From: an uncultured virus (IMG/VR IMGVR_UViG_3300030101_003309) | Taxonomy: Duplodnaviria > Heunggongvirae > Uroviricota > Caudoviricetes | IMG/VR virus record: IMGVR_UViG_3300030101_003309 | Location: 1-64,000 of that record | Reading direction: 5' to 3' (one strand) | DNA: 64,000 nucleotides | Shown here: positions 57,320-64,000 of the stretch, piece after piece | Layout: every line of letters starts with the position of its first letter | Position numbering within the stretch: the first letter of the stretch is position 1 | Program-made: the position numbers and the translations under genes | Notes under the pieces: generated by a model | What the model was told of the DNA's origin: nothing | The model's input: only the letters and a program-made list of their open reading frames with translations | Database searches by the model: none

Positions 57320-58125
57320 AATATATCTTCTGTCATTATGTGAATAGTTCGTTTTGATTTTTTGTCCAAGTAATCAAATCCTTGACCTGGCCAATAATTA
57401 TTATCTAAACAGTATTTGTATATTTCTAGATCTCTATTGTATAGTTCTCTTCCTCTATCTATTAGATCATCACCTAACTGCACAATACTTATACTATACG
57501 GTTTAGTTTTTTCTACCGCTACTATATAATATTCATCTGCTTTGACAGCATCCATATAAAATGCTGCTTGTTTGTGATAGTTATATCTTTTGATAGCTTT
57601 AGCAAAACCATAGTAAGATGTATCTTTAGTAGTTTTTAGGTCTACAATAATATTTCTTTCTTTATCAAATACGTCTAGCATACCTTTGCAATTTACATCA
57701 TATTCTTCATTATGCCAAACAACTATATGTTCTTTTTCTCCATTAGATAATAGCTGTACAGCATCACTATCTTGAAATAATTTGCTTGTTATCTCCTGTA
57801 TAGTATCATGATCTTCTTGTGATAATAAAGTTTTGAACATATGTTTGTTAGTAAATGCTTCAAAATCTTCTTTACCCTGCTTAGTTCTTTTGTCAAATTT
57901 AGGCATAACTACATAATGTTTGCTGTATTCTTCAGGCTGTAAAACTTGCATATGTAAAGCAGATCCAAATTTCATAGCTGCAGAAGCAGGCTGTGGATTT
58001 TGTATCATGTGTTTAAAATATTCAGGCGATTTACCTGTTAAATTATTCAGCATACTATTTGTTACATGCTCTGTATCAATATAATAGCTGTCGTGATCAA
58101 TATTGTGATTATTAATTAATTTCAT
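57316..58125 (-). CDS. PD-(D/E)XK exonuclease, RecE/ExoVIII-like
   Basis: FGSALH..VLQP, CKGMLD...IVDLKTT, YHKQAAFY, AVEK..PY. Confidence 0.85.
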   Translation of the reverse strand: MKLINNHNIDHDSYYIDTEHVTNSMLNNLTGKSPEYFKHMIQNPQPASAAMKFGSALHMQVLQPEEYSKHYVVMPKFDKRTKQGKEDFEAFTNKHMFKTLLSQEDHDTIQEITSKLFQDSDAVQLLSNGEKEHIVVWHNEEYDVNCKGMLDVFDKERNIIVDLKTTKDTSYYGFAKAIKRYNYHKQAAFYMDAVKADEYYIVAVEKTKPYSISIVQLGDDLIDRGRELYNRDLEIYKYCLDNNYWPGQGFDYLDKKSKRTIHIMTEDIL

Positions 58126-58150
58126 ATATTTTATTTTAAAGACATCAAGA

Positions 58151-58166
58151 CCCTACCGAAGTAGGG
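58151..58166 (-). promoter_or_regulatory. C(UUCG)G hairpin in the exonuclease leader
   Basis: minus strand CCCTAC-TTCG-GTAGGG. Confidence 0.5.
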
Positions 58167-58216
58167 CCCTAATGAATCAAAACAAAAACCATGTGAACAT
58201 GGATAAGAAAGCAGTA

Positions 58217-58224
58217 CAAAAGTA
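58217..58224 (-). promoter_or_regulatory. Bacteroidota -7 promoter box
   Basis: minus strand TACTTTTG. Confidence 0.5.
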
Positions 58225-58244
58225 CTAAATATATTCTTTGCTCC

Positions 58245-58583
58245 CTATTCTTTCTCTTTTTTGTTTTGAACTTTCTGTTTTTCTTTTAATCTTTCTTGTA
58301 TATCTTTCTCTAGACGATCATCTATCTCTTGCATTCTTTTTAGAATTTTATCTGATTCTGGTATTTGCTCACAATATTCATTCAAACTTTTTCTGAAACT
58401 TTCTACTTCGTTTTTGGAAAATTTGCCTGATGAAGTATAATCTTTATGTACCCATGTTAATAAAGCTACTTCATGTGATTTTAATGCTTCTGACATAGAT
58501 TTTAGTGTTTCATTGATTTGTTTTTCTACTTTATAGGTTTTACCCATAACTTTAATTTCAATTTTTTCAGTTTTTGTTGTCAT
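58245..58583 (-). CDS. hypothetical protein
   Basis: 112-aa helical ORF. Confidence 0.7.
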   Translation of the reverse strand: MTTKTEKIEIKVMGKTYKVEKQINETLKSMSEALKSHEVALLTWVHKDYTSSGKFSKNEVESFRKSLNEYCEQIPESDKILKRMQEIDDRLEKDIQERLKEKQKVQNKKEKE

Positions 58584-59010
58584 TTAATTCTTTTTTTAAT
58601 TGTTTTATTTTTGATTTAAGTTTATCATTATTATCTAGTAGTATGTCTACAAGTTGTTTATTTCTTTCAATATCTGATAGTATTGGAGATTTGTAATATT
58701 CTGCTAAATTTTCTTTATGTTCAATTAAACACTCTTCTGCTACATCATAATATCTTCTTATGTATGGGTATATTTTTAGAAAATTTTCTATTGTTTTTAC
58801 AGCATGCATTACAGTAGCGTGGTTTTTATCAAAAGCTTGAGCTATTTTGTGTAAAGTCATACCAAGTGATCTACGCAAAGTATACATTAACACCATTCTT
58901 TTTTCTACTAAATCTCTTTTGCGTGATTGTCCACATAATTCTTCAACAGATATATCTACCTCTGCAGCATAGTCTGTAAAATAATCTATTAGGCTTTGAT
59001 TATCTGTCAT
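58567..59010 (-). CDS. DnaA C-terminal HTH domain protein
   Basis: SRKRDLVEKR...TLHKIAQAFDKNHATVMHAVK. Confidence 0.8.
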   Translation of the reverse strand: MTDNQSLIDYFTDYAAEVDISVEELCGQSRKRDLVEKRMVLMYTLRRSLGMTLHKIAQAFDKNHATVMHAVKTIENFLKIYPYIRRYYDVAEECLIEHKENLAEYYKSPILSDIERNKQLVDILLDNNDKLKSKIKQLKKELNDNKN

Positions 59011-59372
59011 ATCACTTCTATTTTAACACCAGCATTATTTTTATCTACAGAATATATGCCAAAGCTAGGTATTATATTTTCACAGTTATCATTTTCTACG
59101 TAGCCATAATGTTCCATAAGATCCTGTATAGTTTGACAAGGGTTTATATAATCAAATTTACGTTTAGTATCTCTAATAAATGTAAATTTTATATTATAAG
59201 GTTTTTGTTTGTTTTGTATCAATTGTAAAAATTTTTTTTTGTTTTTCATCCAGTCTGCTTTTGTTTCTTTTATGTAATTTCTAACTGTTTTAGAATGTAC
59301 TAAATACTTGCCTGTCCATTGTTTACTATTTTTGCTAGACGGCACATTCTTTGGTATAAAAATTGCACACAT
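59007..59372 (-). CDS. RusA-like Holliday junction resolvase
   Basis: VPSSKNS...KRKFDYIN...IQDLM...ENDN; start moved to ATG 59372. Confidence 0.65.
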   Translation of the reverse strand: MCAIFIPKNVPSSKNSKQWTGKYLVHSKTVRNYIKETKADWMKNKKKFLQLIQNKQKPYNIKFTFIRDTKRKFDYINPCQTIQDLMEHYGYVENDNCENIIPSFGIYSVDKNNAGVKIEVI

Positions 59373-59376
59373 TTGA

Positions 59377-59384
59377 CAAATATA
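59377..59384 (-). promoter_or_regulatory. Bacteroidota -7 promoter box
   Basis: minus strand TATATTTG 4 nt before ATG 59372. Confidence 0.55.
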
Positions 59385-59390
59385 GTAAAA

Positions 59391-59514
59391 AAAATAAAGA
59401 GTTGCACCCATGATGTTCTTACGACTAGAATAGAGGAATTTGGCGCATTTAAGTCTTAAAAAACTAACTAGTAGTTTTACCTGATACTCTAGGGATTTGT
59501 TATCTCTTTATTTT
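59391..59514 (-). ncRNA. structured intergenic element F
   Basis: 11-bp closing stem AAAATAAAGAG/CTCTTTATTTT; inner TTCT/AGAA, TAGAG/CTCTA and AAAACTA/TAGTTTT. Confidence 0.4.
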
Positions 59515-59521
59515 ATTTTAT

Positions 59522-60094
59522 TTAGAACGGCATATCATCATCAGCATCTTGTGCTACTGCTTTCGCTCTGCCCCATGATGCATGTTTAACATTAAACTCA
59601 GCCATTTCTTCTTCAGTCAAAGTCTTGTTCATATCATTATTATATGTACATTTACCTCCAACTTTAGAAGACCATCTGTATTTAACAGCTGTCCTTATAA
59701 CAGGCTCTTCTGTTTCTTTATTAATACCTATATATTCTTCTGATATAAAAGCTATCATTAAATCTTGATGTATAGCTTCGTTCATAGCAGTGCTATCATC
59801 ACTAAAGTCTTTTACACCTGCATTAATAAGAAAGTCTTTAATTTGTTTAGTTTTCCATTCTTTAGTAGATGGTTTGTCAGATTCTTTTACAACCCAAAAC
59901 CTACATCTACCTACTTTGCCATTTGTACTTTTTACAGTATACTGTATAAATGGAGAGCCATTATAATTTTCAAGATTATCGGATGATGTAAGTCCTGTGA
60001 TTTTGCAATGATGAGCTCCAGGTTCAATATATTCTACTTTTTCACCTTGTGTTCTTGTAGTAGTTGTTGTGTTTAAATTAAAAGGTAATGCCAT
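59522..60094 (-). CDS. putative ssDNA-binding protein
   Basis: EPG.H.CKIT beta-rich core, acidic tail DADDDMPF, near the annealing protein gene. Confidence 0.65.
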   Translation of the reverse strand: MALPFNLNTTTTTRTQGEKVEYIEPGAHHCKITGLTSSDNLENYNGSPFIQYTVKSTNGKVGRCRFWVVKESDKPSTKEWKTKQIKDFLINAGVKDFSDDSTAMNEAIHQDLMIAFISEEYIGINKETEEPVIRTAVKYRWSSKVGGKCTYNNDMNKTLTEEEMAEFNVKHASWGRAKAVAQDADDDMPF

Positions 60095-60096
60095 AT

Positions 60097-60300
60097 TTAT
60101 TTATTAATTAGTTCTTGTACTTTGTTTAACTTTTTTTTGATTTCAATATACTCTAATTTATAATACTGATTATTTTGTCTTAATCTTGAATTTTCTTTTT
60201 TAAGATCATGTAAATCATTAATTAACTCATCTCTTGAATGTTCTATAGGTGTGTTAATACTGTTTTTTGGTAATGCTGGTGCATATTCTTGTTTTTCCAT
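60097..60300 (-). CDS. small coiled-coil protein
   Basis: 67-aa ORF. Confidence 0.6.
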   Translation of the reverse strand: MEKQEYAPALPKNSINTPIEHSRDELINDLHDLKKENSRLRQNNQYYKLEYIEIKKKLNKVQELINK

Positions 60301-60303
60301 TAT

Positions 60304-60477
60304 TTATTGTTTTTGATTTTTATTTATTTTTAATTCTTCATACAGATCATATCCATAAGATTCTTGGTGTTCATCGTCTTCATTAAATCTGTCATAAACA
60401 ACACCTTCTATGTCAAACTTGATTTGTATGTAATCTCCACTAGGTAAATATATATATCTATATTTTTTATTTTCCAT
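60304..60477 (-). CDS. 57-aa hypothetical protein (not in ORF track)
   Basis: MENKKYRYIYLPSGDYIQIKFD... fills the gap. Confidence 0.5.
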   Translation of the reverse strand: MENKKYRYIYLPSGDYIQIKFDIEGVVYDRFNEDDEHQESYGYDLYEELKINKNQKQ

Positions 60478-60949
60478 TTTTGATTTTCCAGTTAATATAT
60501 TTAGTTAATGTATCTCCATCAAAGATAATCTTATCTTTTTCAGGAGCATATGGATAGTCCTTCCCTTTCCATTGTTTAGTTTGTAGCGTTTGTATTGGTA
60601 ATCTGTATAAAAATCTACCTATACCCCACTCTACACATGCACGTTTAAATGCATCTGATACGTGACCTTTGTCTTTTTCTACTTTAGTTTCTGATCCTGT
60701 GTCTGATTTCCACACCCATTTACCATATTCTTCAGCACCAGTTTCTGGACAATATATACCTACTTTACAAAACAATAATCCGCTTGCTTCGTAAAATATA
60801 CTTTGCCAGTTTTCTGGACCACATACTTCGTCTAATATATCCATGCAGTCTCTAGCGTCTATATACGCTACACAGGTAGTTTTTCCGTATTTAGTGGACT
60901 GTACACGCCACTTATACGGTAGTTCTTTCTTTAGATCGTTTAAATTCAT
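60467..60949 (-). CDS. Rad52/Sak-like single-strand annealing protein
   Basis: AYIDAR..MDILDEVCGPENWQ...KG..SDAFKRA.V.WGIGRFLY. Confidence 0.85.
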   Translation of the reverse strand: MNLNDLKKELPYKWRVQSTKYGKTTCVAYIDARDCMDILDEVCGPENWQSIFYEASGLLFCKVGIYCPETGAEEYGKWVWKSDTGSETKVEKDKGHVSDAFKRACVEWGIGRFLYRLPIQTLQTKQWKGKDYPYAPEKDKIIFDGDTLTKYINWKIKNGK

Positions 60950-61181
60950 TTTTGTTTTCTTTACTTTGTTTTTTCATTTTTCTAATAGCTGCAGCTGCAA
61001 CTACAAATTTTACAAAACGTCTTATCATAACGTTCTTACCTTTTAGTAATAGGGTAATACCTATTTCTTTAAATGTAAGTATAAGAACCTCTTTGACAAG
61101 TTTTTTGTTAATGCCTAGATCGTAAGCAATCTCATTAATTATGGATAAAAACTTAGATTTTTGCTTATCTTTCTTATTCAT
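60912..61181 (-). CDS. HU/IHF-like DNA-binding protein
   Basis: IINEIAYDLGINKKLVKEVL...L.KGKNVMIRRFVKF. Confidence 0.65.
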   Translation of the reverse strand: MNKKDKQKSKFLSIINEIAYDLGINKKLVKEVLILTFKEIGITLLLKGKNVMIRRFVKFVVAAAAIRKMKKQSKENKNEFKRSKERTTV

Positions 61182-61188
61182 TAGAAAG

Positions 61189-61196
61189 CAAATATA
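61189..61196 (-). promoter_or_regulatory. Bacteroidota -7 promoter box
   Basis: minus strand TATATTTG. Confidence 0.55.
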
Positions 61197-61204
61197 ATAT
61201 TTTT

Positions 61205-61363
61205 TTATTTATCATAAAAAATTTGAACAGCTAAATAAAGGGGTACCATAATTAGTGCTGCTACAAACAAACTAAGTATTATACGCCATGTAAAATATAT
61301 AATTGTGCCAAGAACAACAGTTATTATAAGAGGATATTCTTTTATTATTTTCTGTTTATTCAT
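61205..61363 (-). CDS. 52-aa membrane protein (not in ORF track)
   Basis: MNKQKIIKEYPLIITVVLGTIIYFTWRIILSLFVAALIMVPLYLAVQIFYDK. Confidence 0.55.
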   Translation of the reverse strand: MNKQKIIKEYPLIITVVLGTIIYFTWRIILSLFVAALIMVPLYLAVQIFYDK

Positions 61364-62639
61364 AATCAATAAATTTTGTTATTGCACTTTTGAATTTTAA
61401 AGTAACTTCACCTACACCAATGTTTCTACCTTTTGCAAATATTATATTGGCAGTGCCTTTACTTTCTTTGCCGTTATCATTGAATTCTATACCGTAGTAT
61501 TCTGGACGATAGATAAGCATTACAACATCTGCTGCTTGTTCTATTTCACCTGATTCTCTAAGATCGGCTAGTGTTGGTTTGCTATTATTACGCATACCCA
61601 CACCTCTGTTAAGCTGGCTTAGTGCGATTACAGTAATATTTAATTCTTTTGCTAAATTTTTTAGTGTTCTAGCTACCTTACTAACTTCCTGTTCGCGACT
61701 ACCTGCTTTGTTTTTTGAACTTACTAACTGTAAGTAATCAATCATGACTAATTTAACTTTTTTTGTTTTAACATATTCTTTTATTCTATGCACTAAATAT
61801 GACAATGATGTAAGATTACCTTCATCTATATTCAAAGGTATTTTTTCTATTTCTCCTATAGATTTATGTATTCTTTTTAATTCATCATTATTTAATGTGC
61901 CATTGGTTATGTATTTATTATTTATTTCTGACTCCATAGAAGCCAGTCTTCTTATTAACTGTAAAGCTGACATTTCATAAGAAAATATTACAGTAGGTGT
62001 ATTTGTATATTTAGCTGCATTGTATGCTAGAGCTAAAGCAAAACTTGTTTTACCCATAGATGAGGCACCACCTACTATAATAAGATCTGTTTCTTGCCAA
62101 CCTCCTGTAAACCTATCAATATCTTTAAATCCTGAAGCTATACCTAACAAACCATCTGTATTCATACGAACTTCTACGTCTTTTAAAAAAACAGTAATTT
62201 GTTTACTAATATCTCCAAGTTGCTCAGGTTGTCCTATTTGCAGTTTTGACATTTCGCTTGTCAGCTTACCTACAATAAGTTCAAGTTCTTCATGATTAGA
62301 TAATTGATTGTGTACATTATGTACAATGCCTGATAAAGTTCTTTTTTGAAAATTTTCAGTTAACACTCCTATACAAGTTAAAGCTTCCATAAATTCAAAA
62401 GCTTTATCTGCCATTTGTGATAATTGAAATACTACGTTTTTTCCTTTTATTAGTTTACCTACAGTTAATAAATCTATAGTTCTGTTGTCATCATGTAGAT
62501 TTAAAAGAGCATGAAAAGTTGCTCTATTAAAGTCATCCTCAAATAAATCTACATGTAGTAGTTTGTGAAACTTGTCAATTAATTTTGGTTCAACTATTAA
62601 TTTACCAAGAAGAGTTTGTTCTATATCATAGTCGTTCAT
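61356..62639 (-). CDS. dnaB: replicative DNA helicase
   Basis: GGASSMGKT, FSYEM, IDYLQL, LSQLNR, DLRESGEIEQAAD; start moved to ATG 62639. Confidence 0.93.
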   Translation of the reverse strand: MNDYDIEQTLLGKLIVEPKLIDKFHKLLHVDLFEDDFNRATFHALLNLHDDNRTIDLLTVGKLIKGKNVVFQLSQMADKAFEFMEALTCIGVLTENFQKRTLSGIVHNVHNQLSNHEELELIVGKLTSEMSKLQIGQPEQLGDISKQITVFLKDVEVRMNTDGLLGIASGFKDIDRFTGGWQETDLIIVGGASSMGKTSFALALAYNAAKYTNTPTVIFSYEMSALQLIRRLASMESEINNKYITNGTLNNDELKRIHKSIGEIEKIPLNIDEGNLTSLSYLVHRIKEYVKTKKVKLVMIDYLQLVSSKNKAGSREQEVSKVARTLKNLAKELNITVIALSQLNRGVGMRNNSKPTLADLRESGEIEQAADVVMLIYRPEYYGIEFNDNGKESKGTANIIFAKGRNIGVGEVTLKFKSAITKFIDYE

Positions 62640-62660
62640 TTTGATTTTTGTTTGAACCAA

Positions 62661-62668
62661 CAAATATA
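62661..62668 (-). promoter_or_regulatory. Bacteroidota -7 promoter box
   Basis: minus strand TATATTTG upstream of dnaB. Confidence 0.55.
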
Positions 62669-62683
62669 TAATTATTTACAAAA

Positions 62684-62890
62684 CTAACGTCTTTCGTCAG
62701 CCATCATTTCTAAATAATTTTCTCTTTGTATAGCTTCATACTCATAATCTTCAATAGCTTCACAACCTTCACCACAGTATGAGCATCTGTACTCTGACTC
62801 GTCCACTCTTTTTCCACAGCAATTGCTTACCATGTCATATCCATAGCCATCATCTGCTGGATTACTTAATTTCCATTGATCGTAATTCAT
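62684..62890 (-). CDS. small zinc-finger protein
   Basis: YDQWKL.NP, SNCCG...CSYCGEGC; likely start ATG 62890. Confidence 0.65.
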   Translation of the reverse strand: MNYDQWKLSNPADDGYGYDMVSNCCGKRVDESEYRCSYCGEGCEAIEDYEYEAIQRENYLEMMADERR

Positions 62891-63063
62891 TTTTTCCAAT
62901 TTTCTTTAATTATTATATCATTGTGAGTTATCATCCATTGACAATGCAAAGGTTTGTGACCCATTTCTATTAATAGGTCACTTACCTCATCGTCTAATAT
63001 TCTTTCATCTAAAGTATACATGTAAGTAATGTCTTTGAAAAAATCTAATACTATTAGTTTCAT
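62887..63063 (-). CDS. 58-aa hypothetical protein (not in ORF track)
   Basis: ATGA overlaps with both neighbours. Confidence 0.5.
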   Translation of the reverse strand: MKLIVLDFFKDITYMYTLDERILDDEVSDLLIEMGHKPLHCQWMITHNDIIIKENWKK

Positions 63064-63506
63064 GCTATTTCTTTTTTTAATGCAATAAATTTTTCAGGTT
63101 TACCATCAAATATAATCTCTTTAGCCCAAATATCATATATACGCATGTGCACTTTTCCATCTTTTTTATAAATAGTGTAAGTATATTCTTCGCCACAATC
63201 TTTGTCATCAGGATGATGTATGTATATATTTCCAATACCATCTTTGTAATGTGCAATTATTTGAGCCGCCAAACATCCCATACCATTCGCAGAAGGTTTA
63301 GGATCAGTAATACTATAACCATTGACAATATTAAAATCTTGCAAAAATTCAGCAAGCTCCATGCCATGACCACTAGGATACCCATCATACTGACGATACA
63401 TACAAAGTATGTTTTTTGTTGTTTTATGTACTTCATTATTATTTTCTTCATCTGCTACGCATGTTTCATAAGATTCTTCTATGTAAGTTAAGCTTCTTGT
63501 TCCCAT
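63060..63506 (-). CDS. phage hypothetical protein
   Basis: MGTRS...YRQYDGYPSGHG.EL..FL...NGMGCLAAQ motif. Confidence 0.75.
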   Translation of the reverse strand: MGTRSLTYIEESYETCVADEENNNEVHKTTKNILCMYRQYDGYPSGHGMELAEFLQDFNIVNGYSITDPKPSANGMGCLAAQIIAHYKDGIGNIYIHHPDDKDCGEEYTYTIYKKDGKVHMRIYDIWAKEIIFDGKPEKFIALKKEIA

Positions 63507-63626
63507 AATTATTTCGTTTTAGATTTAGTTTTTTTTAATTCTTTTTCTAATTCTTTTGTTGTTTTGTTTTCTTTAATCATTTTTTTAATTATACCAAAAT
63601 ATCTTTGTGATAATTCATCCATAATT

Positions 63627-64000
63627 TTAGTGTTTTATTAGTCCTACTTTGTTATTTTTATTAAACCATTTTGTAGCATACAGATCTATTTTAGATGCAT
63701 TGATATAATTATTATTTAGCAATTCTTGATAATTATCAAATATTTTTGTATGTCTATCTATTTTTCTGTTAATCAGATGTTTTTGTTTACCGCTATCAGA
63801 AAATATGATATCATAGTTATCTGGTAGCTTAGCTTCTTTGAGCATTTTTACGCAATTAGTATAGCTGTAGAACTTAACTGCGTGATGCATTACTGCAAGA
63901 TCTATCCACTTTTGTAAATACTTAGGTGAATAGTAATCGCCAGAGTCATGTACACGTACAAAGTCTGGTTGTTTTTTTATAATTTCTTTGGACATAGCTT
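63627..64000 (-). CDS. GP88-like protein, probably 5'-truncated by the window edge
   Basis: VRVHDSGDYYS..Y...W......FYSYT. Confidence 0.6.
   Translation of the reverse strand, partial: AMSKEIIKKQPDFVRVHDSGDYYSPKYLQKWIDLAVMHHAVKFYSYTNCVKMLKEAKLPDNYDIIFSDSGKQKHLINRKIDRHTKIFDNYQELLNNNYINASKIDLYATKWFNKNNKVGLIKH

Noticed and set aside
59373..59411. Extended N-termini in the ORF track (59411, 62663, 6319, 47348)
   Set aside because: They overlap promoter boxes or upstream genes; downstream ATGs give better starts
7636..62639. Inteins or self-splicing introns in terL, MCP, RNAP or dnaB
   Set aside because: Reading frames are continuous, and no intein splice motifs or homing endonuclease genes were recognised
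1..64000. Prophage or integrase evidence
   Set aside because: No integrase, repressor or host housekeeping genes were seen in the window

Overview
AT-rich tailed-phage sequence with the gene order of a crAss-like (Crassvirales-related) podophage. The host is very likely in the Bacteroidota, judged by TAnnTTTG promoter boxes, A-rich leaders without Shine-Dalgarno sites, Gln-rule signal peptides and a T9SS-type tail. Layout: minus-strand small genes interleaved with structured non-coding elements (1-3035); a long plus-strand late block (3227-56397); and a minus-strand recombination/replication block (56440-64000). The late block holds small basic proteins, TerL, portal, scaffold, major capsid, ring/tail proteins, cargo proteins, a 3814-aa virion RNA polymerase polyprotein, a secreted-protein cassette, holin, DUF5675 lysin, a fibre and a metallophosphoesterase. 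The replication block holds a RecE-like exonuclease, a DnaA-C HTH protein, RusA-like, SSB-like, Sak/Rad52, HU-like, DnaB and GP88-like genes. Most notable: (i) six multi-stem intergenic RNA-like elements, five of them in two tandem arrays; (ii) four unrelated adjacent basic proteins sharing a C-terminal Y[KR]Q[HL]D tag; (iii) a phage-encoded outer-membrane barrel + Cys-less thioredoxin + T9SS-type repeat protein cassette; (iv) an RNAP with a DLDGD catalytic motif; (v) TonB-box-like repeats in a lysozyme-bearing cargo protein. All family calls are by-eye motif recognition; no searches or folding programs were run.
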